Source: a virus
Lineage: Duplodnaviria > Caudoviricetes
Reading direction: 5' to 3' (one strand)
Virus record (IMG/VR): IMGVR_UViG_3300032277_000033
Location: 1-36,060 of that record
Length of the DNA stretch: 36,060 nt
The translations under genes and the position numbers were made by a program. The notes under the pieces are model-generated. The model did no database searches. It was not told where the DNA came from and was given only the letters and a program-made list of their open reading frames with translations. Each line of letters opens with the position of its first letter. Position 1 is the first letter of the stretch. Positions 7,982 to 18,352 of the stretch are shown here, piece by piece.

Positions 7982-10558
7982 TTAAAAATTCCCGCCATAT
8001 GGTATTTGTTCGCTAGGTGGATTCCAATAATCCTGCCCTGTATTGTCTTTAATTCGCTTCTCAGTCCGTCTTAAGTAACCAGGGCTTGCCCATTCACTTA
8101 TATTATGCCCTATCATATAGTCTGTGGCCCATTTTGTATAGAATAGATTATTTCCTGGCACAGTATTCCAAAGCTCTTTGAATGCCCTTCCAGCAACGTC
8201 TCTTGTTTCTGTATCATCGTCATTCAACCCATACCACATGTCAATAGGTGTAGAGGCGCGTCCAAATGTAGGCCCCATAAATGAACCTAAAGCGCTCATA
8301 CCATAACGAGAATGCATTTCACCGAACAAGAAATCACCATATAGGCCCATGCCACCACCTTGAACCATCGACTTTGTTATGACGCCTGCGGGGTCTTCAG
8401 TTATATCTCTAGGCTCTCTACCTGCTATCATATCCCTAATAGCTAAAGCCGCATAACCAGACACAGCAGACCATGCAAGCACATTAGCAAATCCTAAAGT
8501 GGCTTTCTTGTCTGACCCAAGACCTATCATATCCATAGTTAATTGAGATATTGACTTGGTTTCAGCAGAATAACCATGTAATTCACGGCCTAATATCTTT
8601 TTAGCGACACCAACCATAAACGATTTATACATAAAGAAATGCCTTAATGCCTCACCTTCAACTGTACCAGGCTTGGTTCCACCAATGGTTGCAGCTCTTA
8701 CAGCTGCATTAGGCTCAATGGTTGCTGTGGTTGCTCTATCAAAGAAATAACTTCTAAACTGATCGTTCATTTCTTCCCGTAGATTTTTAATACGTGCGGC
8801 AGTTGGCTTAACATTTTTCGAGGTTAAGTAGTTTGCATATAAATCATCCGGTAGATATTTGAGTCCTTCAGGGGTTAGAAAGTCTTTCCCATCTGCAAAG
8901 CTTGATTCGCCTTGTCTGTATATATCCCATTTACCAGCATCTATGCCAAAGCCTTCTAGCATAGAGCTTAACCCTTCAGGCATTTCTGAAAACTCTTTGT
9001 TTTTCATAGAGCCAAGTCTATGTGATGCCATCATAGCAAAGCCTGAGCGCTGGTTATCTGTCCACTTCCTAAGCAGATTGAATTTAAAGTATTTCTGAAC
9101 AGCTTTTGATGCAAGGCCAGGCATATCACGACTAGCATCAAACCTTGATAAAGAATGTGTAACACTATCCAAATGAACGGATAATTCACTTAATATTTGA
9201 ATTTTCTCTTTTGATGGAACGCCTTGCACTATATTACCAAGCGATTTAAGTACACCACTAACCATTGAGCCGCCTTGAAAACGATACTCAGAACCAGAAA
9301 ATGCTACATCACCAACCGCTGATATAGTAGCCCCACCCAAATCAGCCATCATTTCTACTGCTCTTAGCATAGAGCTTCTTTGTGCCCACATATGATTGCC
9401 AGGGATTCTATTTTCATGCGTTATATTAGGCCATGCTCTGCGCTCAATCCATTCGACCTTTTCATCGAATTTGCCCATATCTGCGCCATCATTTACTTTT
9501 GCATCTTTTCTTACACGCTCAATTGCATTATCTAGTGTTTGACGTGGATTAGGGCCAAGTTTTCGCATTAATGCAGTCTGTGCGCCTGATTTTTCTAGCT
9601 GATGAAATACATTCTCCATCAGTGTGCCAGTACCAAACTCTTGATGGTAAGCCAATTCTGCTTCCGCATCTTTGAATTTCAATACGCGCTCACGGCTCAT
9701 GCGCTTGCCTACATTGCCAAAGCCTTTAAGCCCTGTCATATTCGGCTCCATATCAAGCGACACATGCGAGCCTTCTGAGAATTCCTTATACATTCTGTCT
9801 AGCTCAACACTTCTTTGGGTCTCGCTAACGCCTTTCATGGTTTTATCCCAATCCATTAGATCGGTTATTGACTCTTTCCACTTCTCCTTACCAGCCGCAC
9901 GTATTTTAAATAGATCATGTGTTTGTGTGGTTACATAACCATCAGCTTTATTTATAAAAGCACCTGCTTTATTAGCGTCTTGCCTTGCAGCTTCAGTAAA
10001 TTTATTCACTATTTTAGCAACTTCAATTGACTCTTTCTGAAACCCTTTCATAATCGTTTCATCAGGGCCATCAATTCTATTTAACTGATAAGCGGCCTTA
10101 TATATTTCATCATCAAATTTACCTTTTGTGCCATGCTCCATTACCCCTGCTTTCTCTAAATCTGCTGCCATACCCATTACATACTGATGTGATAAAGCCT
10201 CTTGAGAAGTAGCGACTGCATCCCTTGCGCCTTTTCGTTTAATGTTTGAGCTAAGTAAGAATGCTTGCAACCCTTCGCCTGGCGCATCACTCCATTCTTC
10301 AATCAATGTATTAGCAAGTTGAATCTCTTTCTGAAAGTTTAATGCTGCGTTTCTTTGCTCAATAATAGCGGCTATTTCAAGTTGTTCAGCAGCCTCATTT
10401 AACTCTTTAACGATCTGCTCAGTTGTTTCATCCGCAGTGCGCCCTGACATACGCTCTGCTGCGTTATCAATGATTCTATCCAGCTCAGTTAGCTCTGCGG
10501 TATTTAGCTCACGCCCTATCTTTTCTTCTACCGATGCTCTGCAAGTACCTAATGGCAT
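7982..10558 (-). CDS. large internal virion (DNA ejection) protein
   Basis: 858 aa, helical; C-terminal GGG.GLYGDFLFG and PG.NLFY...E..SPGYLRR motifs typical of BPP-1-like podoviruses; gene order. Confidence 0.75.
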   Translation of the reverse strand: MPLGTCRASVEEKIGRELNTAELTELDRIIDNAAERMSGRTADETTEQIVKELNEAAEQLEIAAIIEQRNAALNFQKEIQLANTLIEEWSDAPGEGLQAFLLSSNIKRKGARDAVATSQEALSHQYVMGMAADLEKAGVMEHGTKGKFDDEIYKAAYQLNRIDGPDETIMKGFQKESIEVAKIVNKFTEAARQDANKAGAFINKADGYVTTQTHDLFKIRAAGKEKWKESITDLMDWDKTMKGVSETQRSVELDRMYKEFSEGSHVSLDMEPNMTGLKGFGNVGKRMSRERVLKFKDAEAELAYHQEFGTGTLMENVFHQLEKSGAQTALMRKLGPNPRQTLDNAIERVRKDAKVNDGADMGKFDEKVEWIERRAWPNITHENRIPGNHMWAQRSSMLRAVEMMADLGGATISAVGDVAFSGSEYRFQGGSMVSGVLKSLGNIVQGVPSKEKIQILSELSVHLDSVTHSLSRFDASRDMPGLASKAVQKYFKFNLLRKWTDNQRSGFAMMASHRLGSMKNKEFSEMPEGLSSMLEGFGIDAGKWDIYRQGESSFADGKDFLTPEGLKYLPDDLYANYLTSKNVKPTAARIKNLREEMNDQFRSYFFDRATTATIEPNAAVRAATIGGTKPGTVEGEALRHFFMYKSFMVGVAKKILGRELHGYSAETKSISQLTMDMIGLGSDKKATLGFANVLAWSAVSGYAALAIRDMIAGREPRDITEDPAGVITKSMVQGGGMGLYGDFLFGEMHSRYGMSALGSFMGPTFGRASTPIDMWYGLNDDDTETRDVAGRAFKELWNTVPGNNLFYTKWATDYMIGHNISEWASPGYLRRTEKRIKDNTGQDYWNPPSEQIPYGGNF

Positions 10559-12252
10559 TATGCGGCTCCCTTACATTTCAATGCTGCTTTAATAGCAGTT
10601 GATGTTTCTTTAGCAATAGCCACTTTATCTGCTTCATCTTTCATAATTTCTAGCCCTGCTGCCTTTAACTCTGGCGGCAAATCATTAATATCTTCTGTAA
10701 TTTCATCTAACCACTTAGTGGCTTGATCTAAATCAACATTAGCATCAATACCACTATCTATCTTTTGCTGTATTTCAGCAGCTACTTTTGGCAGGCTTCC
10801 AGCGCCTAGTGACTCATTAGCGGTATCAATCGACTTTTTAAGGCCTTGTTGCTCAATGCCATCACTTACTGATTGAGATAGTTTATTCTTTTTAAATTTA
10901 TTAAGACGAGCATCTACTTCTTCAGTGACTAAATCATCATCAAGCTTACTTAGCTTTTCTTTCCTCGACGCATTATCAGCTATATTTTCATTTAATTTCT
11001 TTACTCTGCCATTTATTGCGTTTAACTTATCTTTAGTTTCAGAGGCTAATTTCTCATTCGCTTTCTTTGCTTTGCGCTTTCTGTCTGATTTACTGCCTTT
11101 AAAATCATCTTGAGTAAATTTTTTAACTGTCTCACTTTCTAGTTTTGCTTTTTCAGTTTTAGCTCTCTCAACCTCTTTCTGTAGGGATTCAGTCTTAGTC
11201 GCTATCTCTTTTAATTCTGCATTTGCCTTATCTGTTCTTGCTGAAAATTCACCCTGTAATTCGCTTCTAACAGTTGCTTCAACATCGGCCCTTTTTGGCA
11301 CAATAGATTCGTCCATCCCTTTTATCAAGGCTTCTATATTTACTTCTTTGCCTTCAACCATCTGATATACAGCAGTGCGACCTAGAATTTCTCTTTGTTG
11401 TGGGGTTAACGAATTAATATGTTCGGCAGTTTGCCCTATTGGTTGTGTTGTATGCTCAACTGGTGTGTTTAATTCTGCCTCGGTTATTGTGCCATCTTTT
11501 ATTTTAGCCGATCTCTTAGCTAGAGCATCACCGATAGCCCCCATTCCCATGTGCATACCACCACCAAATACAGTGCCGAATGCCACGTTTAGGAATGAAT
11601 CAGTTAAAGTGTAATCTAATTGTTCTTCAGTTAGTTGGTTATAAATAAGCGGCTCTAATGCAGCAGCACCAACACTGCCCTCAATAGCGCCAACTCTAGC
11701 CCTAACACCGGCCCTGCCTAATGCGCTAGTAGCATTAGCAAGCATAGTGCCCATACGAGCCTCACCGACAACAGGCACAAAGGCCGCGGCTACATTGAGA
11801 GGGTCTAATACAGATACACCTAATGACGTGCCTAGTTTTGCAGCACCAACAAAAAACCCGCTATCTCTATTACTAGCCGTTATTGAATTGCGAACCTGCT
11901 GCTCTTGCTGTAATCGGATTAACTCACTTAGCTTAAAGTCAGAAATGCCCTTTTCGGGTATTGTTAAATTAACACCCGCTTCTTCAGCCTTTGCTAGTGC
12001 ATCTACCTTAGTTACCTGGTTCTCTTTTACAGGCTTATTTCTATTTTCAGGCAGACCATAGCGTTCAGGAAATTTGCCTGAGAAAGCGACTGTTTCTTCT
12101 TGGTTTTGCTCTAACCCTCTAAACAATACTGGCGATATTGATTCAGTCCACGTAAGGCTTGCAGTAGCAGATAGAGCCTCGCCTAAATCGACCTCTTGAT
12201 CTTCAAGCAATTGAACTGAACTTATATTAGGTTCTTCAGTTACAAGTCTCAT
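10558..12252 (-). CDS. internal virion protein
   Basis: DPLNVAAAFVPVVGEAR followed by a Gly/Ala hydrophobic region and a Lys/Glu coiled coil; gene order. Confidence 0.7.
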   Translation of the reverse strand: MRLVTEEPNISSVQLLEDQEVDLGEALSATASLTWTESISPVLFRGLEQNQEETVAFSGKFPERYGLPENRNKPVKENQVTKVDALAKAEEAGVNLTIPEKGISDFKLSELIRLQQEQQVRNSITASNRDSGFFVGAAKLGTSLGVSVLDPLNVAAAFVPVVGEARMGTMLANATSALGRAGVRARVGAIEGSVGAAALEPLIYNQLTEEQLDYTLTDSFLNVAFGTVFGGGMHMGMGAIGDALAKRSAKIKDGTITEAELNTPVEHTTQPIGQTAEHINSLTPQQREILGRTAVYQMVEGKEVNIEALIKGMDESIVPKRADVEATVRSELQGEFSARTDKANAELKEIATKTESLQKEVERAKTEKAKLESETVKKFTQDDFKGSKSDRKRKAKKANEKLASETKDKLNAINGRVKKLNENIADNASRKEKLSKLDDDLVTEEVDARLNKFKKNKLSQSVSDGIEQQGLKKSIDTANESLGAGSLPKVAAEIQQKIDSGIDANVDLDQATKWLDEITEDINDLPPELKAAGLEIMKDEADKVAIAKETSTAIKAALKCKGAA

Positions 12253-14348
12253 CTATCTTCTCGACCAATAATTCTTGCGCCTTTCTCAAACTCGCTTAAT
12301 CCAATATCCTGCAACTCATCAAATTGTTTTGTTACTAGCTTCATCTGATTATTTTCATCTGTGTACCATACAGCAGAACCATTTGACCAAGTTAAGGTTA
12401 AGCCTGATTCATCACCATTTGTAACCCATTGGCCTTCTTCACTAAGTCGCCTTGATGCCTCATCTGAAGATAATTGGGTATTGTTGATAAATATAGATGT
12501 TACGCCAAGACCATCACCAATATGGTTTTTTAAATCAGATAAGACAGTCTCTTCGCCTCTTTGTACTTGGCTAGGCTGAAATTTAATAGGCACACGGTAG
12601 TTTTTAATTAACTCATGTTTATTGCTAAATGGTGTATATGATCTAGTCAACGCATCATCAACATCACTTGCTGTGCCATCTGCCATTAATTGCATAGCGC
12701 CCAATACCGATGCTCTCTCTATCTCAAGAGCTGCTTTCAATCCAGAAGGGTTGTGTTTTAATGTCTGCATCATATCGGCATTTTTAACTTTTGCCATTTC
12801 TTCTATATCTGTAATTTGCTGTTTTGTTAATACTTTCTTTAAATCGTCCTCTGTTCTTTCAGCTCTAAGAATTGTAAGCATCATTGCATCATCACGAATA
12901 TCACTCATACCAGAGACTAAAGCTGAGGTTCCTGTTAATACTTCTTCTTCAACAAGCTGTCTTTGAAGTAATCCCCATGCCATATCACCTTGCTTTTGAA
13001 GGCTCTTAATTTCTTCAAAATAAACATTTGCACCAGCAGCCGTTTTCTCAATTGATTCAAACTTAAATTTAAGTCCGGCTATATCTGAATTCTTATATAG
13101 TCTTACATTGCCTGGCCTTATACCCATTCTAGTCTGTTCGGCAGTTTGAGCATTTAAGTAAGCATTAATATTCTGTGCTGTTGGGTCTTCTTTCCAGTTT
13201 GTATATAGCTCTGGCAGAGTCTCATTACCTTCAATAGCATATTCAGCACGTCTTGTTTTCAGGTTCTTATCATGCAATGCAAGCTCAGACTTGAATACAT
13301 CAGCAGTAGTAGCATTTTCAAAGAAATTGCCTTTCTCGTCTTTATTGGCTTCAACATTTTTAGATAATACAGCCCTGTCTTTCAGTGAGATATGGCGTGT
13401 TTTTGATCTAACATTCCCGCGCTCATCAGCTTTATCTAATTTGTTATGCCATTTTTTCCTGAAGAATTCATCTGTTGACGTTTCATCTACTAGTTTGTGC
13501 ATATCAGGCATTAAGTCAGCACGTCTAGCATCTGATCTTTGTCCTACATAATCAGTCAAAGCCGCTACATTGGCTGCTTTATTGTCATTCTTAATCTGCT
13601 CAGATAATGCCATTGCCCTATTTAATGTTTGAACAAACTGAGGCTCAGTCATAGCGGTTTCCCACTTACCTGTGTCTTTTAAATCATTCAGTAATTCAGT
13701 AGCAAGACCAACATTTTTAGTTTTACGTGCGCCATCAAGAAACCCATTAAACATTTCAAAATGAGCCGCTTGATTTGACTGTATAGCTAAAGCTTCTTTT
13801 TTAGAATCGTCAATTGGCAGCGCATTTGCTGTTTCAAGATTCTGCTCTAAAATATCACCCAATTGATCGAAGTCAGGATTTTGACGCATTGCAGAGGCAT
13901 TTGAATTGAATACCATTTCAGCAGAGTTAACGGCATGACGCGCTCTCTCTGTTGTTTCAAAATTCATTGCTTGGCCTTGCATTGATAACTGCATATTACC
14001 AAATTGAGAATCAAGTCTAGCTCTTGAAGCAGAGGTTCCACCCTCCATTAGCTTCTCTTTATTTTCTAATAGATAAGATTCAAAATTCTCAGTGAAATTC
14101 TCTGCGCCTGGCCCAGCCGATAGCTGCCTATCCTTTAACTCTTTTTGTGCATTAAGTCTAAAATCAGCCATTGCTCTATCAGATTGAATTGCTGCGTTAC
14201 GTTCTACAGCTTGATTTAATATTTCTGCTGATCGAGTAACCGCCTTGCCTATATTCTGATTGGCTCTACCTAACTGTGATGGCCTAGCAGAGGCTAATCT
14301 TGGGCTTGTGAATTGTGCTTTCTGTGCTGGCTGTATAATTTTAGGCAT
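12249..14348 (-). CDS. internal virion protein (T7 gp15-like position)
   Basis: 699 aa, helical, MPKI start, follows the gp14-like gene. Confidence 0.65.
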   Translation of the reverse strand: MPKIIQPAQKAQFTSPRLASARPSQLGRANQNIGKAVTRSAEILNQAVERNAAIQSDRAMADFRLNAQKELKDRQLSAGPGAENFTENFESYLLENKEKLMEGGTSASRARLDSQFGNMQLSMQGQAMNFETTERARHAVNSAEMVFNSNASAMRQNPDFDQLGDILEQNLETANALPIDDSKKEALAIQSNQAAHFEMFNGFLDGARKTKNVGLATELLNDLKDTGKWETAMTEPQFVQTLNRAMALSEQIKNDNKAANVAALTDYVGQRSDARRADLMPDMHKLVDETSTDEFFRKKWHNKLDKADERGNVRSKTRHISLKDRAVLSKNVEANKDEKGNFFENATTADVFKSELALHDKNLKTRRAEYAIEGNETLPELYTNWKEDPTAQNINAYLNAQTAEQTRMGIRPGNVRLYKNSDIAGLKFKFESIEKTAAGANVYFEEIKSLQKQGDMAWGLLQRQLVEEEVLTGTSALVSGMSDIRDDAMMLTILRAERTEDDLKKVLTKQQITDIEEMAKVKNADMMQTLKHNPSGLKAALEIERASVLGAMQLMADGTASDVDDALTRSYTPFSNKHELIKNYRVPIKFQPSQVQRGEETVLSDLKNHIGDGLGVTSIFINNTQLSSDEASRRLSEEGQWVTNGDESGLTLTWSNGSAVWYTDENNQMKLVTKQFDELQDIGLSEFEKGARIIGREDR

Positions 14349-14827
14349 TATGCGCCACCAACTATAGCCGCTACACTCGCAACTGTTCCGATTCCACCCG
14401 CTACAGTATTTGCCGCTGCGGCTCTTTGCACATCACCCGCCTCAGTTCTAGCTGCTCTTTCTTGTGACCTCAAATTTCTAGCCTCCTGTTCACCCTGTCT
14501 GCGAATATTCATAGCATTTCTTTCTAGCTCAACCGCGCCATCAATCATAGCATCAACAATTGAGCCCTCAATTTGTACACCTGATGCGCCAACTGCTGTT
14601 TGAACTTCACCTCTAAATCGTTTTCCTTCGCGTCTAGCTATTCTTTCATTTATAGCCGCATTTTGTAATGCAGTACCCGCATTGATACCTGCATTATTTG
14701 CCTGCTCATTTAAAGATGCTGCTGATGAAAACCCCTGCTGCATTGAGCCTTGACCAGATAGAAACCCACCAGCCGCATATAAGCCACCAGATATAATCTT
14801 GCCAGCGCTTGAGGAATCTTCTGCCAT
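14348..14827 (-). CDS. small internal virion protein (T7 gp14-like)
   Basis: Ala/Gly rich, GASGV...GS motif, hydrophobic ends; gene order. Confidence 0.75.
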   Translation of the reverse strand: MAEDSSSAGKIISGGLYAAGGFLSGQGSMQQGFSSAASLNEQANNAGINAGTALQNAAINERIARREGKRFRGEVQTAVGASGVQIEGSIVDAMIDGAVELERNAMNIRRQGEQEARNLRSQERAARTEAGDVQRAAAANTVAGGIGTVASVAAIVGGA

Positions 14828-17076
14828 TATCTATCCTGAGTTACTAAATGAGGCATAATAGCCACAATGGTTAATGGTAAGGGCTGATCTTGACGGACGA
14901 ATATATGGCCTTCAGTCTCATAGTCACCATCCCAATCTACTTCAAAATCCCCTGTAAATAAAGGTACTGCTGTATCCATTAAATCAGACCCTTCTCTAAA
15001 ACTTTGTGTTTCCAGCTCGCTAGAATTTGGCCCAACCTTCATACCTAAACTTCTATTCAATCTAAATATAACACGATGTATGCGCTTAGTCTTTCCTTGT
15101 GCTGTTCCATCTGCTGCGCCCGCTTCTATTCTTAGCGTTTCAAAGTCAGACACATACCCAAGACCTACACTTATTTTTTCGCCTGACTCCTGTAGTGTAA
15201 TAGCGCCATTTGTGACTGTTACATCAGGATGCGCTGCACCATCAAGCAATACAGATACAGACTCACCCTCTAAATGGTCTAACCCACTTAATGAGCTGAC
15301 TGCTGCGCCTGAATATTGTAAAGCAGAATCAACAAATATAGCATCAGCTTGTACTGTTGAGCTATCAAAAATAGGCGTTATATATTCTATGTATCGTTTT
15401 GTTCCGCCGTTAATTGTTCGCTTTACAATCACCCATGTTTCATCACGGCTACCATCTGTTGCAGGTATGCTTGCCACTGTTTCAGTTATAACGCTAGTTC
15501 CGCCCAATTCATGTCGATGCCAGGCTACCACATTCTGCTCTTTCTCATATGTTAAACCAAGTAGCTCACCATCACCTCTAACGGCCCATACTACAGAATA
15601 TGGCTCTTGTTGGAAGGTTGTATCATCAATGCCGCCCACCGTTACATGCTCACTTAGCTCTGTTGTATCGGGTGCGCTAAATCCATCATCTTGAAATATG
15701 TACTTAAGTTCTCTTACTTTTCTTTTTGATTTCTGAACAAATAAAGTCGCTTTACCTACTCTTTCAGGTTGGATATTTGCGCTACCGTAGTTTGTTGATC
15801 TAACTGCCTGTGGAGCCGCATTAGCAGCAAGGGCCGCACCACCAGTACCCTTTAGTATCCACTCACCGCCTACTGTGCCTATAAATAGCCCACGCTCATC
15901 ATCTTGAAGCCATCTAACTACATTCACTGCATTTGAGTTAAGCACAAAGGCAATTGCATTACTTGCCAGCACTGTTCCGTCTGTTTCTGTTGGTGCAAAA
16001 TTCGGATAGTCTCCGTTTTGACTTCCATCAACTCTTTGCGGGTTATTGGTTGAGCCAGCAAAACACAATCTATCTTCAAAAAATGTGACGCAAGATGGGT
16101 ATCCTGTTGTATCGGAAAATACACCCAAACGCCAAAACCCTGTTGCAACTGTTGGAAAGCTACCATCTTTGACCAGTACCGTGACAACGGTTGTAGACGT
16201 ATAAGCTGTGATTTCGCCCCATGCCCAATTTGTATTTTTAATTCTTACAAATCGACCTATATCAGTAGATTGAAACCCAGTATCATCATTAATGCCTGTA
16301 ACAGCACTTGCAGTCAATGTCACCGAACCAGTAGCCGCACTTGCTGCTAATGTAGTGGCTGTAGAATTGGTTGTTTCAAATGGGCCAGCAGAAAATGCAA
16401 AATCAGCCAGTGTCCAGCTAGTATGTCCTGATCTGCTTAATGTTTGAGGCGCATGTAGCGGGTGAGTTAAATACATCACATCAGCAGATTGTGTGAACTT
16501 AATATCAAACAATTCAGCTTCTAAAAATGTGCTAGTGACCTCATATATACGATATGCAAGACCGCCTGACGAATAGGCTGTAAATGCAGTTGAATCGATA
16601 CCTGATAGCTCAAATGTATTTGCAGTGACATTAGCTACTGTGTATCGTGTTGGTATATTAATCTCAGTCATGCCTACTACGCTATCAATATAAACATGAT
16701 CGCCATTAGCATAAGGATGGCCTGTTATAGTGACTACAGCAGGATTCGCCTGAGTTATATTAGTTATCGTTAAACCTGATTCGGTTATTTGTGCTTGGTC
16801 TTTATAGAATCTAAAGTAATTCTCACCCGCCTCAATGATATAAGCCTGAGTTGTTGAAAATTCAAATTCCAGTAATCTTGTTTTCTTTGAGCTATCTTTA
16901 ACCTCGGCAACAAACATAGTGCCAGGTCGCCTTTCAAGAGGCCCTTGAATGGTGGATATAAAGTTAAGTACCGTTTTACCGCCTGTTCCATATTTCTGAA
17001 AATCAGTGCGCCCATACAATAAAGGCGAGAACTCCCCGCCGTTAAAACTTGTGTAAATGGGTGAAACTTTAGGCAT
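14827..17076 (-). CDS. tail tubular protein B / nozzle (T7 gp12-like)
   Basis: SFNGGEFSPLLYGR.D, G.L.RRPGT.FV, YPS.V.FFE.RL.F, AWHRH motifs; includes an FCCH-like insertion (ITQANPAVVT...). Confidence 0.9.
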   Translation of the reverse strand: MPKVSPIYTSFNGGEFSPLLYGRTDFQKYGTGGKTVLNFISTIQGPLERRPGTMFVAEVKDSSKKTRLLEFEFSTTQAYIIEAGENYFRFYKDQAQITESGLTITNITQANPAVVTITGHPYANGDHVYIDSVVGMTEINIPTRYTVANVTANTFELSGIDSTAFTAYSSGGLAYRIYEVTSTFLEAELFDIKFTQSADVMYLTHPLHAPQTLSRSGHTSWTLADFAFSAGPFETTNSTATTLAASAATGSVTLTASAVTGINDDTGFQSTDIGRFVRIKNTNWAWGEITAYTSTTVVTVLVKDGSFPTVATGFWRLGVFSDTTGYPSCVTFFEDRLCFAGSTNNPQRVDGSQNGDYPNFAPTETDGTVLASNAIAFVLNSNAVNVVRWLQDDERGLFIGTVGGEWILKGTGGAALAANAAPQAVRSTNYGSANIQPERVGKATLFVQKSKRKVRELKYIFQDDGFSAPDTTELSEHVTVGGIDDTTFQQEPYSVVWAVRGDGELLGLTYEKEQNVVAWHRHELGGTSVITETVASIPATDGSRDETWVIVKRTINGGTKRYIEYITPIFDSSTVQADAIFVDSALQYSGAAVSSLSGLDHLEGESVSVLLDGAAHPDVTVTNGAITLQESGEKISVGLGYVSDFETLRIEAGAADGTAQGKTKRIHRVIFRLNRSLGMKVGPNSSELETQSFREGSDLMDTAVPLFTGDFEVDWDGDYETEGHIFVRQDQPLPLTIVAIMPHLVTQDR

Positions 17077-17631
17077 TTATAATCTCGCTGTTATCCATGT
17101 ATCTTCAGGTGGTTCTTCAGAAAGTTTCTCGAAAGCGTTTGCGTGTTTAGCCTCCTTTACTGCATCTTTATACATTGCCTGTAAAGCTGATTTCTTTGTG
17201 TTTGACTGAGTAATTACCTCAGTTAACTTCAAAGCAAGTGCTTTAGATAGAACATCTATATAATTAATATCAAATTGATTTGTATCAGTGACTTGAATTA
17301 CATATTTAAGATTTAATATAGTTCCTTCACTAGTCAGTATCTTTCTTCCTGATACTTCCCAATCAACGTCTTTAGGGCGTATAACCCTGAGACAATCAGA
17401 AGGTAATGAGAATTGTAAATCAAAATCAAATGCAGGCGTAGCCACATCAGGGGCCAGAACAACTCTACCTATTGAGAAATTCCAAACATATTTTCGTAAC
17501 TCAATATCACGAACTTTTGCATAAGCCGCTTTGCAGTGCTTGGCATTCTTTGTATCATCATCAAGTGATGTGATTCGTTTTGCGCCAAGTTCCTGTAGAG
17601 CTAAATTACATATCTCTACTTCAGAGGACAT
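17077..17631 (-). CDS. tail tubular protein A / adaptor (T7 gp11-like)
   Basis: S.VEICNLAL..LG...I.SL.D, W.F, LPSDCLRV motifs. Confidence 0.9.
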   Translation of the reverse strand: MSSEVEICNLALQELGAKRITSLDDDTKNAKHCKAAYAKVRDIELRKYVWNFSIGRVVLAPDVATPAFDFDLQFSLPSDCLRVIRPKDVDWEVSGRKILTSEGTILNLKYVIQVTDTNQFDINYIDVLSKALALKLTEVITQSNTKKSALQAMYKDAVKEAKHANAFEKLSEEPPEDTWITARL

Positions 17632-17816
17632 TATGCAACTACATCATTTTGAAGAACAAACTCTTTAATATTATCAAGTGCTAATACAATCTCTTGAGTT
17701 GTAAGTGCATCTTCATAAGTAACACGAACATCATTTGTCACTGTGCCGCCAGTAGCAGTACGAGTAACATCTTGAAGCTCATCCTCTTTTTTTACATCAA
17801 TTATTGCAACTGCCAT
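17631..17816 (-). CDS. small hypothetical protein, probably virion-associated
   Basis: RBS AGGAG; stop overlaps the next start. Confidence 0.7.
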   Translation of the reverse strand: MAVAIIDVKKEDELQDVTRTATGGTVTNDVRVTYEDALTTQEIVLALDNIKEFVLQNDVVA

Positions 17817-17829
17817 TTTAATCTCCTAG

Positions 17830-17879
17830 AAAAACACCCCGTAGCAGGTAGCCAAACCTATGACGCTACAGAGTGTTTT
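17830..17879 (-). terminator. long hairpin with U tract after the capsid/decoration genes
   Basis: Minus strand AAAACACTCTGTAGC...GCTACGGGGTGTTTTT, 15-bp stem with two G-U pairs; position analogous to T7 Tphi. Confidence 0.65.
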
Positions 17880-17891
17880 AATTGTCGGCTA

Positions 17892-18341
17892 TTAACCGTT
17901 TGTGTAATACAAGTCTACAACTAATGTACCAGAGCTTGGAAGTGCAGCCGTACCTACAGTTAGCTTAACAAGCGTATCTGAGGTGAAAGCCGCATCTACT
18001 GCGCCCAGGTTATTACCAAACAATGTTGGCGTATTAGCTGTGGTAAATGTAGCAGCAGTACGGTAGATGTCGGCATCAATTGCCACATCAGCGGTCGTAA
18101 ATGTACCGATAGCGATAGTTGCAGAAGCACCCATCGTAGCAGACGCATTTAATACACCGTATGCAAATACAGAACCAGCAGGTATTTTATTTAATACAAT
18201 CGTATCAGCAGCAGCTTGAGAGGCCGCTGTGATAGTTGCACGATATCGACGTAAACGACCACCAACCACGCTACCATCTGCAAATACAGAAGGTGTTGTG
18301 TTTAAGTAATCTGTCGCTTCATTTGAGTAAGTTTCAGCCAT
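17892..18341 (-). CDS. capsid decoration/cement protein
   Basis: 149 aa, Ala/Thr-rich beta protein directly after the major capsid gene. Confidence 0.7.
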   Translation of the reverse strand: MAETYSNEATDYLNTTPSVFADGSVVGGRLRRYRATITAASQAAADTIVLNKIPAGSVFAYGVLNASATMGASATIAIGTFTTADVAIDADIYRTAATFTTANTPTLFGNNLGAVDAAFTSDTLVKLTVGTAALPSSGTLVVDLYYTNG

Positions 18342-18352
18342 TTTTATTCCCC

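Noticed and set aside
7982-14348. Lytic transglycosylase or virion RNA polymerase domain in the internal proteins
   Set aside because: No recognisable catalytic motifs by eye; an HMM search would be needed.
15080-15694. 204-aa + strand ORF and the other antisense ORFs within structural genes
   Set aside because: Shadow frames of strongly supported minus-strand genes; Ser-rich with no motifs or RBS.
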